A DNA stretch of 64,000 bases, taken from Fistulifera solaris (lineage: Eukaryota). This document shows positions 47,812 to 60,118 of this stretch, one piece after another. Made by a program: the position numbers and the translations under genes. How positions within the stretch are numbered: position 1 is the first letter of the stretch; each line of letters begins with the position of its first letter. Location of the stretch: the NCBI GenBank assembly GCA_030295235.1, contig AP026125.1, positions 1,550,001 through 1,614,000 of the forward strand. Direction: 5' to 3'. The notes beneath the pieces are model-generated. The model did not search any database, was not told where the DNA came from, and saw only the letters and a list, made by a program, of their open reading frames with translations.

Positions 47812-48636
47812 TGTCTTGACTTTGCTCTTCTTACAATAACCTTACAGACTTTCTTTGTTCGTTCGAGCCTCGCCAATGAATCAAAGAAGGTTTTATTTGT
47901 GTTGTTGACTCTTTAATTGCCAACGAAGTCTTCCACGCTCCATCCATTTTGTTTTCGGATCAAAAGATGACTATTCTGGGACTTCTCGAGACTTCGCAGG
48001 ACATTACGGTCATTTCGAAACGTCCCTGCATTTGGAAAATCAACGGACAATGTGACGTCGACTTGGTTTGTAAGTGTAGTGATGAAAACGGTCATTGAAA
48101 CATTCTACTTAATGTTTCACAGTAAAGCCGAAATTCGAAAATTCACTCCGAGCCTTCGAGCTACGAGCTCCAAGAAAAACATGTGACGCGAAAAACGAAT
48201 CTGCTGGATTCGGGTATTTTTCCTAGGGATTCGATTATTCATGTCGATGATCATTGATCGTGAGGAGTCCTTTAGCAACAGCAACGAGCGAGCAGCCCAG
48301 TCGACATTAGCAGTTAGTTAAAACATACCAGGTAAATAGGATTTGAGTGAGAAATCTTCTAATTGTAAGTTAGTTTTCTCGTGAAAACAAGACTAAACAC
48401 TGCGAGTTGTTCTAAACTTTAACAACTGTGGGGATACTAAATGTACACTCTGGTGAGTCTTCTTGTTGTTCACCTATCTCCTATTTGTCACTTTGGGTAG
48501 GCAAGCGACCTCTAGAGACCACATCTGGGACCGTGTCCTGGTAGTACCTAAAGTCTCGGTGCACTAGATCAAGAGGATTTTAAACTAAATCACTAGCGTG
48601 CGCCCTGCTCCGTGATTTCAGACGCAGCTCAGTCGT

Positions 48637-49188
48637 TTAAAGAAGCTTTTTCAAATGATAATGAGTGGTTACCATTCCGCTTTGAAATGCTTGTGTTTTG
48701 ATGTGCATCAGCTTCACCGCGTAATCCAACTTTCCAAATAAAGGTATCCCTTCACCCAGAAGCACCGGAACTCGTGTAATAATCATATCCTGGATCATTC
48801 CGGTCCGTAGAAAGCTCTGCACTGTTGCTCCCCCGTCTACGTAAACATGAGTCCGGCCCTGAGCTTTCAAGTCGTCCATGAGTTCCGTAGGTGTTTTCGA
48901 AGAGCACAAGACTACGTCCTTACAATAACCAGGGACCTTCACAGCATCCGGAGTCCTGGTCCAAACAACAAGTGGCGTCTTTCCGTACGGATACATTTCT
49001 TCTCCAAACGACACGACTTTATCGAATGTGTTACGACCCATTACAATCGCATCTACCGAAGTCATAAAGTCACGAAAGGCCGCTCCACTTTCCTCGTCAT
49101 CTTGAAAGTCGTCGAGGAAGTCCACGCTTCCATCAGGTGTTGCAATGTAGCCATCCACTGTAACAGCAATAAAAACGGATCCTTTCAT
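48637..49188 (-). CDS. RibD C-terminal/dihydrofolate-reductase-like protein (bacterial type, intronless)
   Basis: FIAVTVDGYIA, DAIVMGRNTF, VYVDGGATVQSFL, RVPVLLGEGIPLF. Confidence 0.88.
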   Translation of the reverse strand: MKGSVFIAVTVDGYIATPDGSVDFLDDFQDDEESGAAFRDFMTSVDAIVMGRNTFDKVVSFGEEMYPYGKTPLVVWTRTPDAVKVPGYCKDVVLCSSKTPTELMDDLKAQGRTHVYVDGGATVQSFLRTGMIQDMIITRVPVLLGEGIPLFGKLDYAVKLMHIKTQAFQSGMVTTHYHLKKLL

Positions 49189-50051
49189 CGTTGCAGTTGC
49201 AGCTTGAAAAATTATCGAATTTTGAGAACACAAATTAGATCCGAGTTGTACGACAAATGAAAGAAATGAGAGGAGATTGATCATTACTGATCGCCCCAAG
49301 CTTTCCACACACGACAGAACTTATTGAAGGCTTGATTCGCCTCGAAAAAAATCCCTTTCCCCGGGGTGCGTTTCCGTTGGCGTTAGTATTCGTATCGTCT
49401 TTGACAACAGCCGTCTCCGTACGCCCGCAAAAAACGCGGATCGACGGCAAGCTATCACTCCCAAAACCAAAATCAAAGCTTAAGATCTTTTATATAGACC
49501 TGAAATTGGTTCACTTTATTACCCAGTTGAGTAGTTCGATTGTCATCTCTTTGCTTACATTCAAAGCGACGACGAAGAAGTTTTTGTTTTTTGTTATTGT
49601 CGTAAAAAATGCGGATCTTTTTGGGCGGACGAGCGATGTACAGACTGCGTGTTTTCGTCGACCGCGACACTTCGTCGGCACGATCTTTTTTGACTTTTGA
49701 CTTTTGACACGGAATTCACAAAAGCTAGCTCTTTTGTTGAAACAAACATGAATCATCATCAACTGAATGGAAAGCCACTTCTTGCGGATGTCAATGGTGC
49801 AAAAGTTGCCCATGTACATTCATTTCGTGGATGACTTTCGTAACGGGCGCTTACATGGCCTGTGCGATCACGCAGCATACTCCACATAAGCGGCGACTCC
49901 TTGCAAGTCGACGACACAATGTTTGAAAAGGTTGGAGGTTTTTTGTATCTAACAAGAGCGTTGTTAATGAGCACAATATCCTTACTGTATATAAGCAAAC
50001 TACTGCCCTCGCGAGCACTATTCCAAAGTCAGCACGGTTGCTTCACTTCGA

Positions 50052-53000
50052 TTACTCATCCTTGTTGAGGAACATTCCGTAAACAACACGGATGATCTGG
50101 TACACTGGGAATGCACCTAGTCCGAGAACCATGGACACAATCCAATACTTGAGCTCAAGACCCTCATCTGCAACCTTGAACGCGAGCGAACCATACTCGA
50201 CGATGAGCGCCTGTAGTACAGCTGTCGTGATCCAGATACCGTAGAAGAGGGGATTCTTGAACATATTAGAGAATACATTCACTGAGATTACCGAATTGGG
50301 TGAGACACCGAAAGAGGACTTCAGATAGGAGACTGACATTACAAGAGCACTTACTTTCTCCCTTCAGCACACGGCAGTTGATTTCATTGAAAAGCTGCAT
50401 CCAAACGAATGAATTGAAAATTAGCGTGTAATGGACCGAGTTAATGTCATCTTCATAGAGAATGTGACCGGGTTCCATACCATCAAAAATGTCCGGCCCC
50501 TTGAACAACAAAACCATGATGACCACAACCTGGTAAGCAGACTGACCGAACATGTTCGCACACATGCGCTTTGTGATCATACTATCAGTGCGGTTGACAG
50601 GGGGTCTCTTCAAAAGGGCTTCAATGGGAGGTTCGGAAGCAAGCGCTAAACTAGCCAACGAATCCATCAGCAAGTTCACCCACAACAACTGAATGGCAGC
50701 TAGGGGACTGAGCTGGTATGTAAACGCACCGACGAGGGCGGTGCAAACAGCGCTGATGTTCACAGTAAGCTGAAACTGCAAAAACTTCTGAATAGAAGCG
50801 TAGATGTTACGCCCCACTTGGCTGCAGTGACGATCGACGCAAAGTTGTCGTCGATGAGGATAATGTCAGCGGCATCTTTCGCGATCTGAGTACCGGCGAT
50901 ACCCATGGCAAAACCAATGTCGGCACGTTTTAGAGCAGGAGCATCGTTGGTTCCGTCTCCCGTCATAGCAACCACCTGACGATCTGGGAAGATGCGGATT
51001 CCGTCTTCCGCGAGAAGACGCTTGCAAACCTCCTTGTCGGCAAACAGATTCGACTGGTTGAGACCGTGTGCCAACGTAAGCTTGTCGTCTGGAGAACTGC
51101 GAGCCAGAACACGAAGGTGCGGCCAGATCTTGTCAAACTCGGCCTGGTCGAACTCCGATGTGCCGTCCTTTGAAACTCGATAGACCTTGCTTCGGAACGT
51201 CTTTCCTTCCATCAAAATGTTCTCTTTCAGATTGTCCGCAACACGTTCCGTGGTACCCTCAATGAAATGGAAGTCACGAAGAATGCCGGCCTGGTAAGCG
51301 ATGCTCACAGCCGTGTTCGGACTGTCACCCGTAACAAGACGGACATCAATACCGGCAGTGTAGCATTTCTCAATGGCTCCAGGGACTTCAGGACGCAGAG
51401 GATCTTCAATACCGACAAGCGCAAGGAGTGTGAGCTCTGTCTCTCCTTCGAAGGCAGGAGAACCGTCCGAGTTCGTGAGGGTAGCACTGAGAGAATCAAG
51501 GTCGAATCCTGCCGGCAAGTCACGGTAAGCCAACGCCAAGCATCTCATACCGCGGCGCGCATAACCCAAAGCCACATCTTGCATGATCTGAGAATCCGCT
51601 GTCGACATGTCAGAATCTTCTCCCTGCGTTCCGACAAATTTCGTGCATCGGGCCAAGATGACTTCGGCAGCACCCTTGCTGTACAAGCGATAACGGCCTC
51701 CCTCCAAAGGCACGGCCCAACTCATCATCTTGCGAGCAGAAGAGAAACCGTATTGCTTTCCCTGCGACAGAAACTCGCCGAGTTTGCCCTTATCTGAACG
51801 GCCCTTTGTGGTGTCGCGAATCTTCTCAACGCTCTGTCCTAGCTGATGCACGATATGAAGAAGAGCCAACTCTGTGGGGTTACCAGATGAGCTCTCTTCT
51901 TTTCCATTCTTATCAAAGTACAAGACCGTCTCGTTCATTGAGTTGATCGAAATGCACTGGCAAAGCAAGTCGATGACTGGCTTGCCAAGACCGCCTTGAT
52001 GCGACATGACGTAACTACCAAGGGTGACAGCAGGATCATCGACCGAGTAGTTCACCTTTCCGGAATAGAGCGCACGAGCTGTCATCTTGTTTGCTGTAAG
52101 AGTACCTGTTACGATGATCAAGAAGAGAAGGGAAGGGAAAAGAACGTGCATGAGACATGTGCGATGTGAGGCAGTTAAGCTTGTGAGGTAGAGATAGCAC
52201 TTACCTGTCTTGTCCGTGCAAATCGTGGTTGCGCATCCCATGGTCTCGCATGCTTCGAGGTGCTTCACAAGATTTTGCTCTTTCATCATCTTGTTCGAAC
52301 TGTAGGCGAGAGCGAGCGTAACAGCAAGAGGAAGACCCTCTGGAACTGAAACGGCTAAAACAGTGATGGCAGTTACCAAGTAGTCAACAAGGTTGCTCAC
52401 ACTCTCTCCTTCGACACCAAGACCGACGATACAGCTGACAATGAACGCAACGGAAGCTGCGCATGTACCACAAAGACCGATTCTCTTCGCCAAAGCGTCC
52501 AGCTTCTCGTAAAGTGGGGAGTTCTCTCCCTCTCCGCCGAGTTCATCTTGGTTATCTCCAGTTTCGTAAACACGAGCTTTGATCTTTCCAGAAACAGAGT
52601 TCACACCAACGGCAATAACCACCATCTTGCCAGAGCCTTGGACAGCGTTGGTTCCGCTCAAAATGACATCACCAGGTTGCTTGCTGATCAAGTGCGACTC
52701 TCCTGTCAAACTGCTCTCGTTCATCTTCAAGTCGCTAGCGGGGCCCAAAAGAACGCAGTCCGCAGGGATCGACGCTAAGTTGTGACTATTCACCGACAAG
52801 ATGTCACCGACGACGATGTCGTCATCCGTCACCGAAATCTGTTTGCCATCGCGAATCACCGACTTAGTGTTGCTCTCATGCAAGCTCTTCGAGAGACGGA
52901 TGAAAGCAAACTGCTTGGCGTAGTCGATGCCCGCGGTCACCAAAATCACAATGCACACCGAAAAGAGAATGGCAGCACCCTCGATCCAACAGGTGTTGCA

Positions 53001-53597
53001 CGGACCCTCGTGCGTTGTAGCCTCAACGACGATACTAATGGTACCGAGCACAATCAACATGACCAAGACGAAATCTTGTGAAGCCTCCCAGCACAACTGC
53101 AAGAAGCTCGTAAGCTTCTTCTCGGACAAGGCGTTAGTTCCGAACACTTCACGTCGGATCTCAACTTCACGAGGGTCGATACCGGACTCGGGGCTTGAGC
53201 GAAGCAGAACAGAAGTCAGGACGTTCGCCGCCATATCCATCTCTTTGTGCCCTCCGGCATCATCGTCGTGCCCTTCTCCCTTTTCGCTGATGTGACGAAT
53301 CTTTGCGACCAACTTTTCGACGTCGCGGAGAAGCTTTTGCTGCGGGGACGGTGTCTCGGGATCGTCGTGGTCTCCCGCAAACGTTTTCACTCCCTTTTCA
53401 AGAAGTTTCGCCAGAGCTTCAGGTGTTCTGTCATTACTGAGGATACCCAATTCGGTAGCCGTGACGGGATAAGGAGCTGTGATGTCTCCGAGATGCTTGC
53501 CGATCGAGCTCGCAATGGAAATTTCAACTGCAGCCTCCAATCCTCCAAAACGCGATCCCTGCCCCGAAGAGCTTTCTTTGCCGTTTTCAGTTGTCAT
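50052..53597 (-). CDS. P-type IIB Ca2+-ATPase, copy B; introns 52106-52204 and 50282-50354; frameshift ~50815
   Basis: Same motifs as copy A; protein nearly identical over most of its length. Confidence 0.95.
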
Positions 53598-54545
53598 TGC
53601 TTGCTTTTTGACAGTAATTTCTTTGGTCAATCAATGTCGTCCTCAATGACTTTGTGACGAATGACGACAAAAATTGAAAAAGACGCAAAGTGTCACGTCG
53701 CGCAAATTTATCGAAAAGATGAGGGGGCGGGTCCTTCCAAAATAAATATTGTAAGTCGTTCTGACGTCAGCAGTCATATGACAAGTCCAGGGAGTTTTCG
53801 AGCTCTGATTTCAATGTATCGCTTTTATGTATGAGACAACGTTTCCGAGAAGTCCCCGATTTCTTTCGCGTAAAAATTTGACGGGATCCGTTGATCGTTT
53901 GTTTGTCGCTCGTTCGCCATTTTCTCCGAAAGTTGATAAGCCCTTGGTTTTCCATCGAGTACTCAATTACTATAAAATTGGCTGTTTTGATCGTGGAATA
54001 CTTTAAGATCCATAGTCAACGGAGATTGAATCAAGATTAAGAGGTCCACTTTCAGTACTTCATCTGACCGACGCACACGTGGTCAACTGTGCAATCAACT
54101 GTGCGAAGTGCGAAAAGCAACTACTACTTGTACGTGTTTGAATTTTCCGTCGCACCGAAACCCAACTGCTGTCGCACTTTTCTATGTGGCGATTGATGGT
54201 GATGAAGATTCCAGATTCCATTATTTGTCTGCTTTTTAGTCTAAGGTCTAAGCAAGGTCTAAGGCTCTAAGGCTGTCAACCAAAAACCTCTCAGTATCGG
54301 ATCGTTTAGCGAATAGAACGCGACTTTCGTACTTCTACTTTCACAAGAACACTTTCGTTTGTTCCTCGTTTATTGCTATCGTTATATCGTTATCCTACGT
54401 AACTCTCAGAAAAGAAATATCTTCAACAGAATGATTCAAACCTTAAGAACTATAATGTATTAGAGTGAATTGGGTCACAGCGATTGTCAACGGGCGAGCC
54501 ACACAGAGGCATGAAAAGAGCAGACCATTCTTTGATACCAACAGT

Positions 54546-55928
54546 TTACTTTCCGACAACTTTGAACATCATCGTAGCCGCCGAACCCACCAAAGCACCG
54601 GCCGCCATAAGAAGAACCGGGCTGGGCATTTTCTTCGGAGTTCCAAGCTGAGAGTAGGCCGGTTCATCCACCGTCGGCTCGTAGTGACCCGTGCATCCCA
54701 ACTTATCGCACGAAACCATCACACGAGCAATCATGGCCTCTTCGGCCTTGCGGATCCAGACACGAGGGTCGTAGTACTTTTTGTTGGGTTTGTCCGCGCC
54801 GTTGGGGTTCCCAATTTGTCCTTGCAAGAAATCGCGGTTGCTCTTTTCGAATTGGCGCAGACCATCCCAGTATGCCCACTGTGTATCCGTGTCAATGTTC
54901 ATCTTGACCACACCATTCTTGACCGCCGTCATGATTTCCTCGTCCGTGCTGCCGGATCCTCCGTGCATGACGAGGAAGATCGGCTTGGGGATGGACACAT
55001 TCAGCATCTTCTTGGCATATTCCTGATGTTTTCCGAGTCGCTCGGGACTCAACTTGACATTTCCTGGCTTGTAGACACCGTGCACATTTCCAAAGGCGGC
55101 CGCGACGGAGAACATGTCACCGACCTTCGACAATGCTTCGTACACGGCCCAGACCTGCTCGGGGGACGTGTACAACTTTTCCGGATCGACGTGTTCGTTG
55201 TTGACACCGTCCTCTTCTCCACCGGTGATACCGATTTCCATCTCCAACCAGATCTTCATCGGCGCCATGCGCTTAAAGTACTCGACGCAGATGGAGATAT
55301 TTTCGTCATCGGGTTCTTCCGAAAGATCGAGCATGTGCGAGCCAAACAAGGGTTCTCCGTACTTGTTGTAGAAATCTTCGTCAGCCGCGAGCATTCCATC
55401 GAACCAGGGCAACAAGTTCTTGGCACAGTGGTCGGAATGGAGAATGACGGGGATGCCGTAGAACTTGGCGACGGAACGGACGTGCATGGCGAGGGCGACA
55501 CTGCCCGCGGCGGCACTGTTGGGATCCTTAATGCCTTTGCCGCACATGAAAGCTCCTCCTCCGTTGGATACTTGAATGATAATCGGCGACTTGGCCTTGC
55601 GGGCCGCTTCCATGACAGCGTTGCAAGTGGAAGAACTGTTTTGAGAGAGAGAGGCGGCAGAAAACGGTGAGATGAGGATGGAGATTTGCCAAGCACAGAC
55701 GCTAATAAGAGACGGAAGAGAGATCCGCTGCAACAGTTCTCTTGCTGCACCGCATATAATTGCCAGCGAACCTTGTTGGGTGTTTTGGTTGAAGTACAAT
55801 GAATTCACCTACCTTGTGCAGTTCACTGCCGGAATGGCGTAACCCTTGCTACGAGCGTCTTCAAACAAAGTCAAGACATCATCTCCAGTGATGACACCGG
55901 AAGGGACAAGAGCGTTGAGCATAGACAT
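54546..55928 (-). CDS. FBA: Class II (type A) fructose-bisphosphate aldolase, no N-terminal targeting, hydrophobic C-terminal extension; intron 55636-55812
   Basis: MSMLNALVPSGVITGDDV..YAIPAVNCT|SSSTCNAVMEAA, HSDHC, SHMLDLS, EIGITGGEEDG, FGNVHG, HGGSG, KMNIDTD, YDPRVW. Confidence 0.95.
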
Positions 55929-56325
55929 GGTTTCGTTGGTTGTGAAAGAGTTCTTATTATAGAAAGAGAAGAAATCAAACGGAGGCTACGTTTGCTTCGG
56001 TTTGTTATGTGGCAGCCACACGAACGAGAAAAACGAGAACGCAAAAACGTAACTTTCGCCCTGGTACTTATTGTCTGACAGTCCAAAACTCCGCCGCGTA
56101 TCTTTTTGGAAAGATCCGCCACCGCGATCGTCTTGCGTCACTCGTCGTTCGCCTATTTTGTTCGGAAACGACAGAAACGAGCCAGCTGTTCGTCGTTCCT
56201 CCGTTGTTACGTAACATTCGGCACCGGACTGCCCGCAATGACGACAACAACAACAAGACACCCTTCTTCTTTCTCCATTCTTATGTCATCGCAAGCACTA
56301 GCTCAATTACCAGACTATTTAGATC

Positions 56326-57296
56326 ATGCGCCTTCATCACAGAACGTACCTAGCGACTGCCGCACTCGGTAGTTTGACTCTCACACAAGCCTTGATTGCG
56401 ACTCGATCGACACAACAATTCGCCGGACGCCGCCGCAAACACACGCATTTACCGGCCTGGCAAGATGTTGTATACAATGCCCAATCGCTGGCGGGAAATT
56501 TGGCTCAAAACAATATGGAAGAAGGCATGACGGCCATTCCGGTCATGTACGGAGCAGGATTGTTGACGAGCTGTTCTCCGTGTGTGTGGGGCATTTTACC
56601 GTTGACCGTGTCGTATATCAGTCAAGCAGCTGGATCACGCGACGATCAAGATACGACGTGGCCCACTCTGGCATTTGCCGCGGGGTTGGCATCGGTGTTT
56701 TGCACGTTGGGTGTGGTAGCGGCGCAAGTGGGGGGAGTGTTGGGTTCCGAAGACGGGTTTCCGTGGCTGGCGTTGATCTCCAATTTGATTTGTTTAGTCA
56801 TGGGACTCAGATTACTCGAGCTAATCAATTTACCCGTTTTTAATATCAGCGGTTGGGGTATGACGAAACCGAACAGTGACTCTGTCGTACTGCTGGACGC
56901 GTCAGGGAAAATATTAACGTCCAAGGAAGTAAAACAAGGTTTATGGCAAACCTTTTTATTGGGAGGTTCGTCCGCACTGGTGGCATCTCCGTGCGCTACT
57001 CCGGTGTTATCCTCCATCCTTGCGTATGTGGCAGCCGCTCAGAACACTGTCTTGGGTATTTTATTCCTCCTCGCATATACAGCCGGCTACGCGACTCCAC
57101 TGTTATGGATTGCTGCAACCGGTGGTCAGGCGTTGGTGAATTTAAAGAAACAAACCGGAACGGGTATACTCGCTTTTTAGCTCCATGGGTGAGTCCAGTG
57201 ACGGCGGGTGTGCTACTGTATTATGGAACGACGGGGCTGCTCTTTGCACTGTTTGGGGATCCGTCAGTAGTAGCTCTATATCCCGTTCTTGAATAG
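56326..57296 (+). CDS. ccdA: Plastid cytochrome c biogenesis protein CcdA; frameshift ~57160
   Basis: GLLTSCSPCVWGILP and ALVASPCATPVL redox Cys motifs, multiple TM helices, bipartite presequence. Confidence 0.88.
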
Positions 57297-57862
57297 TTCA
57301 TAAGGTTGATTAATGTATCGTTAAATTTTTGAACTTATCATTCAAAGTTTTACGTTCTATACTTTAGTAACGGAGGGATGGCTCTGAATCCTGATTTTAC
57401 TCTGTCTGAAGCTCAGACGTAAGATCGCGAAGATGCTGCAAAGTTTATTCGCGACAAGTTTATGCTTTCTTTTCGCACTGTTAGATCTTACCATTCATGA
57501 CTTGTGGATCTGCATTCCTCGTGAAATCTATGACTAATCCCCCAAGGGTCTCTCTAAAAGTACCCAAAGTCTAAAATTTATTGGGATTTGTTTGGAGATG
57601 AAATAATAATTTCGGATTTCTACAGGACTGAAGAATTTACAAGTCACGAAATCAAATTAATGGCGAACGGCACTCAAAATTGGCACAAAAGAACAACGAT
57701 ACTACATAGAAGACCACACTACCAAAGAAAACCGGTACTCAACGGTGACATTCATAACAGCGAAACTTTTACACGTTTCACATTTTTCTCTCGCCATCAA
57801 ATGCAACTTGGAAGTGAATGGTGATAATAACGCGAGGTGAATCAAAGCAGTGCACAGCAAAT

Positions 57863-59522
57863 ATGAGAAGCAGCACTCTACTGCTGCTTGCCGCGCTACT
57901 TCGGGCGTGTCTTGCGTCGAGAAAACTCCAGCCTCTGACAAGGGGCTGGGATGGGGACGAAGGTTCGGAGGAAAACATAACGTATAGCGATCTCGAATCT
58001 AATGGCAACAGCAGTAATACCACCAATTCACTATATCATAACAGTTCCATAGTGCAAGAAGGAACTGTGGAAGTAAAGTCGACGAAGTATGAAGAATCTT
58101 TTCCTGGTCACGATGTCCTAGCACGAGCAGAGCCAACCGTAACGACGAATGGGGGAGGCGCCACGATTCGCCGGTCAGGTAATGCGACCTTCGACGGAAA
58201 ATCCAACATTAATAATACGGAGCAAATTGTTGGCGGAACAGCAACCGCTTTTGGATCTTTTCCTTTCTTTGTACATGGTTCAAATCCAAACGACGATACG
58301 AAAATATGCGGTGGGGTCTTAGTACATCCAGACATATTTCTCACAGCTGCCAGCTGTCGAACTTTGTTTTTCGAAGATAGCGAAGTCTTTATTGGAGCGA
58401 CAAATTTACTCTCTACTCTCGGATTTGCAGAATCCAGGAAGATAGTGGAGAAAAAAGCACATCCTGATTATGACTTTGTCAGCAGGGCGAACGATTTGAT
58501 GCTTATCAAGTTAGATTCAGCAAGCACACAAACACCGGCAGACTTCAACAGAGTTGCAGACTTTCCAGCTACAGGCGAAAATCTCGTGGTAGTCGGGTTC
58601 GGGTGGACTAATGTCGATGAAGAAGTATTGTCGCCGAGTCTCCAACAAGCAACTATCACTGTTGCAGATTTCGCACGGTGCGAAGCCACCAATAATGCTG
58701 CTGTGTCAACAGAGACACAAATTTGTGCAGGACAGGCGACAGGCGGTCCAGATTCATGGTAAGTATCGATCCACGAGCATAGGAGATTGTTTTGAGTCTA
58801 GGTAATTCTTACAAGTTTTATGAAGCGATTTTGACACTGGTGGCCCGTTGCTGACTCAAGATGGAGGTTTTCTTTACGGTATCAACTCTTTTGCTGTGGG
58901 CTGCGGCTTTCCCGACTCCGAGGGTGTTTACACTCGTGTCAGTGCGTTTCAAGCATTTATTGAGGATGGAATTTGTGAGTTGTCAGTTGATCCCCCAGCA
59001 TTCTGCTTGGAAGATCCAACGACTACACCGGCACCGACAGTGACGGGTAATATCCCAGTTCCTTCACTGACCCCAGCGCCGACGCTTCAACCGGGGCAAA
59101 CGATTTCACCGGCTTCGTCATTGTCGCCAATATCTCCGGTGTCGCCAGTATCAACGCCCACACTTTCCTTCCCCCCTACAATCCCGTCGGCCCCTACGAC
59201 AGTCGCAACCAAAAGTCCGACAAGAAGAGAACCAGGAAAAGATAACGATAATGAATGGAAATGGAGAGGCAGGCGCAAACGTAAAGGAAAGGGGAAAGGA
59301 TATAAAAAGGGAAAGCGCGGATCTGGAAAGAAATCGTCCAACAGCGGATCGGGAAAGAAATCGTCGAAAAAATCATCTTGGTCTGATCGAAGTTCGGCTA
59401 AATATTGGTATCGTTATGGCATTTTCAAGTCAGTAAAAGGGCAATACCGTCACGAGCAACACACTAATGGACAAAAAGTGCAGCGTAACATTTTTCAAAT
59501 GGATCGCCCTTTAGGACGGTGA
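57863..59522 (+). CDS. Secreted trypsin-fold pseudoprotease with Pro/Thr linker and Lys/Ser/Gly-rich tail; intron 58759-58825
   Basis: Signal peptide, IVGG, CGGVLV, TAASC, NDLMLIKL, spliced DSCDFDTGGP, GINSF, GVYTRVS. Confidence 0.85.
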
Positions 59523-60118
59523 CCAAGAGCTAGTTTTTTAAAATCGAGCTCCTGTCGAGGTCCTTTTGTTGCAACAAAGGACCATCCCAGCTATTACAGG
59601 CAATGCTCAGAGCGGCATTTAGAGGATTCAAAAAACAGCTAGCATCTTCGATATATTTCTACAACAGCTTGTTCGATACTCGTGTTGTGTATCCCTCGGG
59701 GCAAAACGATGAAAAATATCAATGTGCCGAAAGGCGGGTGACGTCCCCTATCCTTGCAACAGTAACTAGAAAAAAGCGGCTGACTTTTGCCAGCACCGCC
59801 TAGCGTAAGATGACGCAGCCGCCATCGCAGCGTACCCCGTGTCCAAAGTCTCGACGAACTCTAAGAGCAAATCTTAGCCGAAGACAAATCACAGAAGTAG
59901 CTTTTCATGTTGAAGTCTCGGATATCCTTTGATATGCATTCCCTGTTGAGAACTAACTGGCTTCGTTGTCGTAGAAGATGCTTCATCTAGTAAAATGCGG
60001 GTGGAGGAAAAGGTTAAGGAAAAATCGAAAAATCTCTTCAAAATGCACGAGTGTGCAGATTTGTAGATTGTAATGGCGTGTAGTAGCAGTTACAAACCAT
60101 AGTTAGGGTAGCATGGTC

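Noticed and set aside
54238..54275. CTAAGG microrepeats (and CGTC repeats at ~15257-15280)
   Set aside because: Short, imperfect simple repeats with no evidence of telomeric or functional role.
54465..55670. 401-aa plus-strand ORF over FBA
   Set aside because: Antisense shadow caused by the codon bias of a highly expressed gene.
5919..57296. Frameshifts in many genes (RPL27A, sigma factor, SET, GH5, Nudix, SDR, DUF1997, both ATPases, CcdA) read as programmed frameshifting or mass pseudogenisation
   Set aside because: Almost all are 1-nt indels in homopolymer runs, they hit essential genes, and the flanking codons are conserved. This is the signature of long-read consensus error.
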